Positions 9,401-16,679 of a stretch of 25,209 nt of DNA are shown here, piece after piece. The notes under the pieces were generated by a model. That model was not told the DNA's origin. It did no database searches and worked only from the letters and a program-made list of their open reading frames with translations. Source of the DNA: a virus. Lineage: Duplodnaviria; Caudoviricetes. The stretch lies in IMG/VR virus record IMGVR_UViG_3300020043_001518, positions 1-25,209 of that record; one strand, written 5' to 3'. The translations under genes were made by a program, and so were the position numbers. Positions within the stretch are counted from its first letter, which is position 1; every line of letters begins with the position of its first letter.

Positions 9401-10652
9401 TGCAAGCGGGCAATCAAGTGTAGTTGCAGGTGGTGCAAGCAATGCCGCACAAGGATATGTTTCGGTAGCATCTGGTGGTGATGCAAACATTTCGAGCGCG
9501 GCTTATGGTTTTATTGGCGGCGGTAGTAACAATATTGCAAGCGGTTTGTACGGGACTGTTGTTGGTGGTTCTTCAAATACAGGCGCAGGATATTACAATT
9601 TTATTGGCGCAGGTTTTACAAACTCTGGAACTGCATCTGCCGCCGTAACAACTCAGTCAGCCACAATGAACGGCACAACAGCCGTTACGCTTGCGGCTTC
9701 CAATGCAAACATTAAAGTTGGTCAGTACATTACTGGCACAAGCATAAACGCAAACACCTACGTTGCCGCAATCTCAGGAACAAGCCTAACCCTATCCCAA
9801 GCCGCAAGCGGTTCATCAACATCTACCCTATCCTTTTACACCCCTCATGGAGTAATAGTAGGCGGTGGTAATAACCAAGCCACAGGCTCTTACAGTTTCA
9901 TCGGTGGTGGTGGTGATGCTGGTACTGCGGCTAATCGTAATGTTGCTAGTGGGGATTGGAGCAAGGTTGGTGGTGGCGTTAAAAACGTAGCCAGTGGTGC
10001 GGGTTCTGTTGTTGCTGGTGGTGGATATGACGGAACAATATATGGAAATATTGCAAGTGGATTAGGTTCTGTTATTAGCGGTGGTATAGCAAGTACAGCA
10101 TCAGGAAATTACTCCACTGTTGTCGGTGGCGCTTTTAATAGTTCAAATGGTCAGTTTTCTACTGTTATTGGCGCTAATGGGCAATCAAGGGCAATTGTTG
10201 GAAACATTGTTACTTCTGCACAGTTTGGTGCTGTATCCTTTTCTAACGGCACAGCGCAAGGCGCAATCCTTATCATTGGAAAACAAACAACAGATGCAAC
10301 TTCTACACGTTTAACATCTGATGGAAATGCCGCATCCACAACAAACCAAGTAATCCTACCCAACAACTCTGCTTACACTTTCCGAGGTGAAATTGTTTCA
10401 GGCGTTACAGGCGGTGGAAACTCAAAGAGTTGGACTATTGAAGGTCTGATTAAGCGTGGTGCAAATGCCGCTTCTACAACCCTTGTTGGTAGCACAGTAA
10501 CATCCATGTATGCAGATGTAGGTGCGGCAACTTGGACAATTGCACTATCAGCCGACACTACCAATGGCGGTTTGGCAGTAACATTCACAGGGCAAGCGGG
10601 TACAACCATTAGAACAGTATGTTCTATCCGCACGACAGAAATGACATTCTAA
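6453..10652 (+). CDS. Long tail fibre / adhesin-like protein
   Basis: 1399 aa, G/S/T/A-rich; short collagen-like GPQGPAG, GGTTGQVLAK, YQGSWNASTNTPTL, VSSVNGQTGVV modules, internal ~45-50 aa repeats and GGGxxN beta-roll repeats. Confidence 0.85.
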   Translation: MSKGIIVSPANRGVQVVVTDENNVQLLVDSNRGVNLEIVPQPRIEVLVDKGVEGPQGPAGEGVPTGGTTGQVLAKASNANYDTVWATITGTLVYQGSWNASTNTPTLTSSVGTNGYYYVVGTSGSTNLNGITDWVVGDWAIFNGSVWQKIDNTDLVSSVNGQTGVVVLDAADVGALSDITSTDGSVTITSPNATTRDLSVAVAGATTNVLCLVRNTTGATLTKGTVVYISGATGQNPTVSKAIATSDATSAQTLGMMTADLANNSNGYVTVIGLITNIDTSAYTDGQQLYLSGTVAGAVTATKPHAPIHLVYVAVVEHAHPTQGKLFVKVQNGYELDEIHDVSIVSPTTGQTLVYNATNDLWENSNAPVISGTTINNTVIGGTTPAAGTFTTLGVTTSINAVGTDPDVNLLINSKGTGSTIFNSDNGEHLRIFDRGLASVVNYAQISGATNTNAPRISGQGSGANVPLFIGTKGTSQIAFYTNNFNQEQFRVSHTASAVNYVQVTGAATGSSPVISMQGSDSSISFLFQSKGSGTGAYFTNSAFPANNYFSATNPSGVASANRLNAAGAATTFSPVLSAQGSDTNIAQVFQSKGTGAIDLAAGSSGVNISNGGTVTAITRTAAGSAYTSQPTVAISAPTTAGGVQATATFTLTLAATPTVSAGGSGYTVGDVLTITGGTSTQTATVTVATVSAGAVATVTISNFGIYTVAPSNPASVTGGTGTGATFNLSFGIFSATITNAGSGYVEQPTISFSGGGGSGAAAYATVGSGTTIKSIGATLDLSVDNTSSQAFRFYNSGGTGTAYWSAASGSTSPFLYAQGASNVTGRITSNGTGSVALYTGGGAQLQFNVSHTASAVNYVQVTGAATGTGPTISSQGSDANARLLLNSKGSSSGIDLLMNNSRQVFIGTNGSAVNYLLMGGTATGFGPAISSAGSDTNIPLVLQPKGTGALQAQQTDSTATGGNARGANAVDWQTIRSTAVRVASGQSSVVAGGASNAAQGYVSVASGGDANISSAAYGFIGGGSNNIASGLYGTVVGGSSNTGAGYYNFIGAGFTNSGTASAAVTTQSATMNGTTAVTLAASNANIKVGQYITGTSINANTYVAAISGTSLTLSQAASGSSTSTLSFYTPHGVIVGGGNNQATGSYSFIGGGGDAGTAANRNVASGDWSKVGGGVKNVASGAGSVVAGGGYDGTIYGNIASGLGSVISGGIASTASGNYSTVVGGAFNSSNGQFSTVIGANGQSRAIVGNIVTSAQFGAVSFSNGTAQGAILIIGKQTTDATSTRLTSDGNAASTTNQVILPNNSAYTFRGEIVSGVTGGGNSKSWTIEGLIKRGANAASTTLVGSTVTSMYADVGAATWTIALSADTTNGGLAVTFTGQAGTTIRTVCSIRTTEMTF

Positions 10653-10663
10653 GGAGAACTCAA

Positions 10664-10933
10664 TTGGCACTTTTAATTACAGCAACTAACAACACAAACG
10701 GACAACAGGAAGCCCAAGCCTATGCCCGTATCACTAACTTCTTTGGTACAAAAGACCAAATCCAAGTTCAAGTGGAAATCCATGCAACAGAGCAAGCCCG
10801 TCAAGCGGGATGGCCTTCTATCCAACAGCAAGCCCATTACATCAACATGAGCGACCTTCAAGGCGACTTGATTCCCGCTATGTACAATGTTCTCAAAACC
10901 TTTACCCAGTACGCTGGTGCAACAGATGTCTGA
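10664..10933 (+). CDS. Tail fibre-associated small protein
   Basis: AAGGAG at 10651 then TTG start at 10664 giving MALLITATNN...GATDV; follows fibre gene. Confidence 0.6.
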   Translation: MALLITATNNTNGQQEAQAYARITNFFGTKDQIQVQVEIHATEQARQAGWPSIQQQAHYINMSDLQGDLIPAMYNVLKTFTQYAGATDV

Positions 10934-11042
10934 AGGTTGCATAAACCAAACAAGTTGGTGCTGTCCTAAATGTAATGAACATATTGGATGGCTTGGACGG
11001 CTTTTAAAATTTACCCACTCTTGCAACAAAAACAAGTTATGA
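10926..11042 (+). CDS. 38 aa Cys-rich peptide (CPKC...HSC)
   Basis: MSEGCINQTSWCCPKCNEHIGWLGRLLKFTHSCNKNKL*; overlaps upstream stop and downstream ATG (ATGA); not in ORF track. Confidence 0.5.
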   Translation: MSEGCINQTSWCCPKCNEHIGWLGRLLKFTHSCNKNKL

Positions 11043-11191
11043 CACTCGAACTAAGTAACGATGAAGTCCAATACCTGATAAGTTTGTTAGGTGAACAACC
11101 TACAAAAACAGGCGCATGGATAGTATTGCAAAACATCACTCAACAAGTGCAAAAGCAACAAGGAGAAGAAAATGTACAACTGGACAATTAA
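11039..11191 (+). CDS. Small hypothetical protein (fibre-associated)
   Basis: MTLELSNDEVQYLISLLGEQPTKTGAW..., ATGA coupling at start. Confidence 0.6.
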   Translation: MTLELSNDEVQYLISLLGEQPTKTGAWIVLQNITQQVQKQQGEENVQLDN

Positions 11192-11471
11192 CAGTTTGCA
11201 AGTGATGAACACACCCGAACCACAAACTGTGGTTATGAGCAATTTCACCATTGCCAAGGATGGTCAGCAAGTCAATTATTCGGTCAACTTGCTACCTGCA
11301 AACCCCGATAACTTTACGCCGTTTGACCAGATTACCCAAGCGCAAGCGTTGGAGTGGACACAGGCGGCGTTAGGCCCTGAACGCGTTACCAATATGGAAA
11401 CAGAAGTTGATTTCCTGATTGCACAAGCCGCTGTTCCTACACCGCAACCCGCACCTTTGCCTTGGGGTTGA
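11172..11471 (+). CDS. Putative tail fibre assembly/chaperone-like protein
   Basis: AAGGAG RBS; 'FTPFDQITQAQALEW' and terminal 'PLPW' motifs common in phage fibre-associated proteins. Confidence 0.6.
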   Translation: MYNWTINSLQVMNTPEPQTVVMSNFTIAKDGQQVNYSVNLLPANPDNFTPFDQITQAQALEWTQAALGPERVTNMETEVDFLIAQAAVPTPQPAPLPWG

Positions 11472-11473
11472 AC

Positions 11474-11644
11474 ATGGACGATACAGCCGCCCGTTTGAGT
11501 ACGCACGAAGAAGTATGCGCATTACGTTATGAGCAAATTAACGCTAGGCTTAAACGATTAGAGGGCATCTTAATCAAAGCGTGTGGCACTATGCTTGTGG
11601 GCATGGCGGGCGTTGTTTATTCGTCTATATACCATTTGAAATGA
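11474..11644 (+). CDS. XhlA-like small membrane protein (holin-like)
   Basis: MDDTAARLSTHEEVCALRYEQINARLKRLE coiled coil plus C-terminal hydrophobic helix; start of lysis cluster. Confidence 0.6.
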   Translation: MDDTAARLSTHEEVCALRYEQINARLKRLEGILIKACGTMLVGMAGVVYSSIYHLK

Positions 11645-11733
11645 AAGATTGGTCAGAAGCAATTTGCGCCGCGATTTGCGTGACCATATTTGTTATTTGG
11701 TGTACCGCAATTATTGCAATGTATTGGAGATAG
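11641..11733 (+). CDS. 30 aa single-TM peptide
   Basis: MKDWSEAICAAICVTIFVIWCTAIIAMYWR*; ATGA overlap with previous gene; not in ORF track. Confidence 0.55.
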   Translation: MKDWSEAICAAICVTIFVIWCTAIIAMYWR

Positions 11734-11736
11734 AAA

Positions 11737-12216
11737 ATTGACCCGCTTACGGCTTTTGCAATGGCTAATGCCGCTTTTAAAGGCGTTAAGGCATTGGTAT
11801 CAGCAGGGCGGGAAATTGAAGATGTTGTAGGGCAGTTAGGCAAGTGGTACACATCAGCGGCTAATTTTTATGTTGGCGCAAATCAAAAGAAAAAGCCTAA
11901 GTTATTTGGCAAAGCCCCTGCGGGAATGTCCGTAGAAGAAGAAGCAATGCAAATTGCGGTTGCCCGCGAAACGATGCGCAAGCAAGATATGCAATTGCAA
12001 AGCATGATAAAACTGCGCTACGGCATGGATGTGTACAAACAAATGATGGACTTGCGGATTAAACTGCAAAGGGAACGATTAGAACAAGAAGAAGAATTGC
12101 GAAAGGCTAGGGCTAAATTTCACAATGACCTTTGGCTATCGGCAAGTTTTATCATTGTGTTTGTAATTGTTGCTTCGTTTATGTGGAACATAATGCTTTA
12201 TTCGGCAAAAAAATGA
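11737..12216 (+). CDS. Coiled-coil membrane-anchored protein, probable ATT start
   Basis: GGAG at 11726-11729, 7 nt before in-frame ATT-GAC-CCG (IDPLTAFAM...); C-terminal TM helix. Confidence 0.6.
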   Translation: MDPLTAFAMANAAFKGVKALVSAGREIEDVVGQLGKWYTSAANFYVGANQKKKPKLFGKAPAGMSVEEEAMQIAVARETMRKQDMQLQSMIKLRYGMDVYKQMMDLRIKLQRERLEQEEELRKARAKFHNDLWLSASFIIVFVIVASFMWNIMLYSAKK

Positions 12217-12821
12217 GTGATGAAAAGAACGACATATTAAGCAAGGTGTTGTCCTATGTTGACAGCCCGTTTAAGTTGTTTGCTTTATTGCTGATGGCTG
12301 TGTTTGCGTTTGCAGGTTATTTTGTTTGGCAAAACCAAGCGTTTTTGGTTGATGCGTACAAAGAAAATAAAAAACTACCAACGATTGCTGAAGATAGGGT
12401 GGAAGATGTTGCCGCCCATTTATTTAAAAACACCAACGCAAACGTAGTTGCTATTTTTAAAGTTAACCCTTTGTTTGGCACAAGAATTTTGTATCGGGCA
12501 TATACCCGCGAAGGGCGCGACAAAACACACGAAGGTTTAGACGTTGGTTTGTTTACGCAAAGTTCTGCAAACAATCGTGATGTGGTTGCGTTAATGGCTA
12601 ACGAAATACCATGTAGCGAATATGCCGTACCCCAAAGTGAAATGGGGCTTTGGTACATTGACAAGGGCATGACGTTTGGATGCCGTGTAAGCGTACCACC
12701 CGAACAAGGGCGGTTTGTTGGTCAAATAACCGTTGGTTGGGAAAAAGAACCTAAAGACATACACAAAGAAATGAGTATGTTATTGATTGCAAGTAATATG
12801 CTGAGTAAAAGCAAACAGTAA
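12213..12821 (+). CDS. Single-TM protein with GAF-like C-terminal domain, resembling T4 holin T architecture
   Basis: ATGA-coupled start MSDEKND; one TM (FKLFALLLMAVFAFAGYFVW); C-terminus CRVSVPP..GRFVGQITVGW..helix, reminiscent of T4 T periplasmic GAF fold. Confidence 0.5.
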   Translation: MSDEKNDILSKVLSYVDSPFKLFALLLMAVFAFAGYFVWQNQAFLVDAYKENKKLPTIAEDRVEDVAAHLFKNTNANVVAIFKVNPLFGTRILYRAYTREGRDKTHEGLDVGLFTQSSANNRDVVALMANEIPCSEYAVPQSEMGLWYIDKGMTFGCRVSVPPEQGRFVGQITVGWEKEPKDIHKEMSMLLIASNMLSKSKQ

Positions 12822-12830
12822 GGGGTAACT

Positions 12831-13334
12831 ATGGATTGGTTAAAAACAATTGCACCAACGATTGCTACGGCGATGGGTGGGCCACTAGCGGGCATGGCGG
12901 TTGATGCTATTGGTAACGCCTTGGGCATGAAAGACGCGACCAAAGAACAAGTAAAAGATTTGTTGGCAAGCGGCACATTGACTAGCGACCAAATGGCAAG
13001 CATTAAACAAGCCGATGCAAGCCTAAAAGTTCGAATGAAAGAACTTGAAATCGACATGGAAAAGGTACACGCGGGTGATAGAAATTCTGCGCGTGAAATG
13101 GCGGCTAGAACTGGCGATGTATGGACACCGCGAATCATGGCGTTGGTGGTGTTTATTGTTTGGGGCGCAGTTAATTACAAATTGTTTAACGGCACAATTA
13201 ACGGCGATATGCGCGAACTTGTTGCCCGTGCCTTGGGAACTTTAGATGCGGTGCTAATGGCGGTAATTTATTACTACTACGGTTCATCATCTAGTAGCGC
13301 GGCAAAAACTGAAGCAATGCAGGGGAAAAAATGA
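12831..13334 (+). CDS. Holin-like membrane protein (3TM-holin-like)
   Basis: N-terminal APTIATAMGGPLAG, DRNSAREM motif, two C-terminal TMs ending YYYGSSSSS; directly upstream of endolysin. Confidence 0.7.
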   Translation: MDWLKTIAPTIATAMGGPLAGMAVDAIGNALGMKDATKEQVKDLLASGTLTSDQMASIKQADASLKVRMKELEIDMEKVHAGDRNSAREMAARTGDVWTPRIMALVVFIVWGAVNYKLFNGTINGDMRELVARALGTLDAVLMAVIYYYYGSSSSSAAKTEAMQGKK

Positions 13335-13759
13335 ACTTAACCGAACACTTTTCGTTAGAAGAACTGACACACACCGACCACCGCCAATTAGACAATACGC
13401 CTAATGATGCTGAACTAGAAAACCTAAAACGCCTTGCCGAATTTCTAGAAGAACTCAAAACCGTTTTGGGCGGCAAACCCATTATGGTTAATTCGGCGTT
13501 TCGTTCTAAAGCGGTTAATGATGCGGTTGGAAGTAAAGACACATCACAACATCGCATTGGTTGCGCCGCTGATATACGCGTACCTAGCATGACCCCCGAC
13601 CAAGTGGTTAAGGCGGTCATTGAATCAGGTTTAGGTTATGACCAAGTGATTCGCGAATTTGACCGTTGGACACACATTAGCATCCCTAATGAAGAAACAC
13701 GCGCACCCCGCAAACAAGCGTTGATTATTGATAAGCAAGGTACGCGTTTATATGCTTAA
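13331..13759 (+). CDS. Endolysin, peptidase M15A family
   Basis: HFSLEEL; SAFRSKAVNDAVG; SQHRIGCAAD (H-x6-D) and WTHIS zinc ligands. Confidence 0.9.
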   Translation: MNLTEHFSLEELTHTDHRQLDNTPNDAELENLKRLAEFLEELKTVLGGKPIMVNSAFRSKAVNDAVGSKDTSQHRIGCAADIRVPSMTPDQVVKAVIESGLGYDQVIREFDRWTHISIPNEETRAPRKQALIIDKQGTRLYA

Positions 13760-14061
13760 ACTTCTTTAACAAAGATGCCATCTTTAGTTAGATGACCTTT
13801 GCGGTGTTTAATTTCTTCATAAGCACCTTTAAGACACTCAACCAAATCTAAATCAGCGCAAGCGCAACCCATAATTAGCGTTACAAGAATGTCGCCGTAG
13901 GCATCTTTCATTGCGGCTACATCGTTATCTTCAATTGCTTCAAACAATTCGTTTAGTTCTTCTTGGGTTTTCATTGCTTGCGCGTAAGCCGTACTGTTTT
14001 GTACGATGCCGCGGGCTTCACCCCATTGGATAACTGCTATTTCTGTATTTGCGTAACTCAT
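13756..14061 (-). CDS. MazG-like nucleotide pyrophosphohydrolase
   Basis: KTQEELNEL...DAYGDILVTL...AYEEIKHRKG...FVK, all-alpha NTP-PPase motif. Confidence 0.85.
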   Translation of the reverse strand: MSYANTEIAVIQWGEARGIVQNSTAYAQAMKTQEELNELFEAIEDNDVAAMKDAYGDILVTLIMGCACADLDLVECLKGAYEEIKHRKGHLTKDGIFVKEV

Positions 14062-14552
14062 TTTTTTGCACCGTTAAATGTTGTGTTCATTACTTCTTCA
14101 AAATTAAATCGTTCTTTGAAACATTCGCTAAAGTAAATTTGTTGTTCGCCAAAGCCAACTAACTTGCGATTGTAAACAAATGCCCTTTTAGGCAAACGCA
14201 TTTGACCGTTCATGTAGTTAATGCCTTTTTGCGTAATGCGCCAATAGCCCGACCCTTTCTTTTCTTTATTGTCATTTGGGTGCGGCTCAATCAAACCCCA
14301 ATAACGCATATTGGTAAAAGTTTTGGCTTGCATAAATTCACGCGGTGCATTTTTAGCGGTATTAGCCCAATCATCAACGCCACCGTTTTTGTAAATCCAC
14401 ACTAAGGCTTGCGCGTTCTTTTGTGTAATGGTGAACCCGTTGTACTTGCCAAAGCGTTTACAGCATGGGCAATGCCCGCCATCACCTTGCAAAACTTTTA
14501 GATAGTTTGCGCTAATTTTGGCTAAGTATTCTTTTTCAAACAAATCGTCCAT
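14058..14552 (-). CDS. Hypothetical protein (CPCC motif, possible winged helix)
   Basis: 164 aa ORF with AGGA RBS; CPCC and 'WGLIE...GYWRITQKG' wHTH-like segment. Confidence 0.6.
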   Translation of the reverse strand: MDDLFEKEYLAKISANYLKVLQGDGGHCPCCKRFGKYNGFTITQKNAQALVWIYKNGGVDDWANTAKNAPREFMQAKTFTNMRYWGLIEPHPNDNKEKKGSGYWRITQKGINYMNGQMRLPKRAFVYNRKLVGFGEQQIYFSECFKERFNFEEVMNTTFNGAKK

Positions 14553-14572
14553 TTTGTAGTGTCCTATAAGGT

Positions 14573-14614
14573 GGGGTACTAGCGTTCGTCCGACATTTCT
14601 GCCCGCGTTCCCCC
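14573..14614 (-). ncRNA. Candidate cis-regulatory hairpin with bulged-G (loop E/sarcin-ricin-type) internal loop
   Basis: Minus strand GGGG-GAAC-GCG-GGC-agaaau-GUC-ggacgaa-CGC-UAGUA-CCCC in intergenic space. Confidence 0.45.
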
Positions 14615-14619
14615 GTTAA

Positions 14620-14865
14620 TCAAAAGGGAATGTCCCCCATATCATCAGGCATAGGCGCGGCTTGGCGTTGTGATGCGCGTGGTTCAAGCGGCGGTCTAGC
14701 ACTTAACCAACCATCCCAACTAACGGGGATGTGGTCGATTTTCAAACTAATACCTTGTTGCCCTTTATCCCAAAGCGTACCAATTTTAGAAAAGCGTTTT
14801 TTGTTGTTGCCTTGGGCATCGGTGTATTCGCCGACTACAGCAATCAAATCTAGTTTAGTTGACAT
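14620..14865 (-). CDS. Small SSB-like protein
   Basis: 81 aa beta-rich with acidic DDMGDIPF C-terminal tail typical of SSBs; downstream of exo/ERF. Confidence 0.65.
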   Translation of the reverse strand: MSTKLDLIAVVGEYTDAQGNNKKRFSKIGTLWDKGQQGISLKIDHIPVSWDGWLSARPPLEPRASQRQAAPMPDDMGDIPF

Positions 14866-15487
14866 GGTTCAATCTTTCATTAAGTTTAAAAATTTTTGCA
14901 TCAAGTTCGGCTAAGAACTTTGTTACTTCTTCTTCAAGCATTGCCGCGTATTCCGTATCGAATTCAACGCGTTTAACAAATAGTTGTAACCCGTTTGGTA
15001 GGCGTGGGTCAAACGATACGAAATCACACCAAGCGCGTTTAGTACAAATCATTTGCCATTGCATTTGGGTTATGTACTTTGTTGGCACTTGTTCACTAAT
15101 CAAGGTATCAATGTGCGTAGCGGTGTTAGGGCATTTGATTTCTAACAAACCATCAGCACCTACCAAGCCATCAGGCGAAGCCCCTGCGCGTTCAATTGAT
15201 GGGTGGGCAATGTACCCTACTTCATCGACCAATACATCGGCATACGATTCATACGCGGCACGGGCAAGCGGTTCGGTTTCTGTACCCCATTGCATAGCCG
15301 CATTGCTATACGATTCTGCAACCGTGTTGGTCATGCGTTCGCAAATCAATTGCGCCATGTAATTTTCGCGTGATGCTGAATAACCGCTTTTGGTTTTGGC
15401 GATTACATCAGCAACGCGGGATGCCGTGACATTACCCAAGCGGGCGGCAAACCATTCAGGTGTACCTTGTTCAACCTTTTCAATCAT
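14855..15487 (-). CDS. YqaJ / lambda-exonuclease family 5'-3' exonuclease
   Basis: QGTPEWFAARLG-VTAS, WGTETEP, GASPDGL, LEIKCP, QMQWQM motifs. Confidence 0.92.
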   Translation of the reverse strand: MIEKVEQGTPEWFAARLGNVTASRVADVIAKTKSGYSASRENYMAQLICERMTNTVAESYSNAAMQWGTETEPLARAAYESYADVLVDEVGYIAHPSIERAGASPDGLVGADGLLEIKCPNTATHIDTLISEQVPTKYITQMQWQMICTKRAWCDFVSFDPRLPNGLQLFVKRVEFDTEYAAMLEEEVTKFLAELDAKIFKLNERLNHVN

Positions 15488-16032
15488 AGTTTTGCCTTTG
15501 CTTTATCTTTGGCGGCAATCACTTTCTTTTGCCAATCAGAATTACCGTTACAAGCGGCATACGCGGCTTTGTAGGCGTTCTTTAAACCATCTTGGTCGGT
15601 TGATGCGTCAATAGCCGCCAAGTGGTCTATAAGGGCGCTTTCATCTACATTTTTTGCAGGGATAGTTGCTAACGCGCCATCGTCATCTTCAGGTGCAATA
15701 CCGCAAGCCGCCATTAACGAACCGCGGCGGGCGTAGGTTAATGCTGACATATACGCGGGCGGGTCATTCTTAACAACAGGAAATTGCAAAACGCCACAAT
15801 TAATTGTTTCGCCTGATTCATGTATAAAGATTGTTTCGACCATTACGCCGCCAACACATTCACGGGTTTTTTGCACAAGGGCAATACCGTTATTGTTTAG
15901 CGCGTCTATAACTGCTTCAACACACGCGGAAAGGTCGGCATACTTATTCTTGAAATGCGGGTTATAGGCGTTCTTTAAAGCGGGTGCAAATGCCTTTTGT
16001 GCTTGCACCAATGCCGTGGCAATTTGTTTCAT
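15484..16032 (-). CDS. erf: ERF-family single-strand annealing protein
   Basis: NPHFKNKYADL, HESGE, SALTYARR, GIAPEDDDG motifs. Confidence 0.92.
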   Translation of the reverse strand: MKQIATALVQAQKAFAPALKNAYNPHFKNKYADLSACVEAVIDALNNNGIALVQKTRECVGGVMVETIFIHESGETINCGVLQFPVVKNDPPAYMSALTYARRGSLMAACGIAPEDDDGALATIPAKNVDESALIDHLAAIDASTDQDGLKNAYKAAYAACNGNSDWQKKVIAAKDKAKAKL

Positions 16033-16220
16033 TCTGCATTTTCCAAGTAGTTGGTTAATCGTTTAATTCGGTCGGCGTGGTAATCGCTCATGCGCTTGGC
16101 GTATTCCATGCCGCTTTGAGCATCAAGAAAACGGCGCTTGGCTTCTTCTAATTCTTTTGCCGCCATTTCTTTGGGCGATGGCATTTGCCACAGGGATTGG
16201 AATCGTTCTAAAAAGTTCAT
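16029..16220 (-). CDS. Hypothetical 63 aa coiled-coil protein
   Basis: MNFLERFQSLWQMPSPKEMAAKELEEAKRR...; conserved in the inverted copy at 24969. Confidence 0.75.
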   Translation of the reverse strand: MNFLERFQSLWQMPSPKEMAAKELEEAKRRFLDAQSGMEYAKRMSDYHADRIKRLTNYLENAE

Positions 16221-16222
16221 GC

Positions 16223-16315
16223 TTAACCCCGCCAAGCCAACAGTACACCCCAACCACCAAAGATGATGATTGCCAAAGTACATTCAATTAAAGTGGTGAT
16301 AATTTTTTGTTTCAT
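16223..16315 (-). CDS. 30 aa single-TM peptide
   Basis: MKQKIITTLIECTLAIIIFGGWGVLLAWRG*; AAGGA RBS; 5 of 6 differences to the copy at 24874 are synonymous. Confidence 0.75.
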   Translation of the reverse strand: MKQKIITTLIECTLAIIIFGGWGVLLAWRG

Positions 16316-16327
16316 TTTGTTTTGTCC

Positions 16328-16468
16328 TTAGATAACCCAAATGTCAATGCCAGTAGATTTTGGATATTTAGCCAAAATTTCTTTTTCCAATTCGTAACGA
16401 CCAACAGCCCAAATTTGTTCAGAGTGTTGTTTGTAATTGCAAAAAAAACTAATGCCATAAAGTTTCAT
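16328..16468 (-). CDS. 46 aa hypothetical protein (insertable cassette)
   Basis: MKLYGISFFCNYKQHSEQIWAVGRYELEKEILAKYPKSTGIDIWVI*; AAGGA RBS; flanked by 20-bp direct repeat. Confidence 0.7.
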   Translation of the reverse strand: MKLYGISFFCNYKQHSEQIWAVGRYELEKEILAKYPKSTGIDIWVI

Positions 16469-16486
16469 TTTGTATTGTCCTTTGAT

Positions 16487-16502
16487 GGGGGCTTGCGCCC
16501 CC
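16487..16502. other. GC hairpin (minus strand GGGGGC-GCAA-GCCCCC)
   Basis: Perfect 6-bp stem with GNRA loop on minus strand just after a stop codon; sister copy at 17514-17527. Confidence 0.6.
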
Positions 16503-16509
16503 GTTTGGT

Positions 16510-16671
16510 TTAGATTGATTTTTTGAAGGTGCGCAACATGGCTTTGTATTCTTTTGAATCAGGGGTCATGTTGGAATAAATTACGTTGCCGTTTGTGTCT
16601 AAACGCATCATGCAAGTGAACGCGCCATAAACTACAAAGCCTGAAGATGTTTTGATTACTGAACGTGTCAT
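16510..16671 (-). CDS. 53 aa hypothetical protein (cassette 1)
   Basis: MTRSVIKTSSGFVVYGAFTCMMRLDTNGNVIYSNMTPDSKEYKAMLRTFKKSI*; directly under repeat R1; conserved in copy at 24671. Confidence 0.75.
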   Translation of the reverse strand: MTRSVIKTSSGFVVYGAFTCMMRLDTNGNVIYSNMTPDSKEYKAMLRTFKKSI

Positions 16672-16679
16672 TTTGGTTT

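Noticed and set aside
6453-10652. Diversity-generating retroelement acting on the fibre
   Set aside because: No reverse transcriptase; internal repeats differ at synonymous positions of all bases, not adenine-specifically
13740-13775. Terminator between convergent late and early operons
   Set aside because: The two stop codons overlap (TTAA) and no hairpin with U-tract is evident
14859-15362. Long antisense ORFs (e.g. 14859+, 18491-, 12722-, 2225-)
   Set aside because: Shadow frames opposite genes with recognisable motifs; no RBS or family features
16029-16283. ORF-track N-terminal extensions (MYFGNHH..., also 24906, 12132, 18026, 18312, 10619)
   Set aside because: Extensions overlap better-supported small genes or leaders; downstream starts have RBS or stop-start coupling
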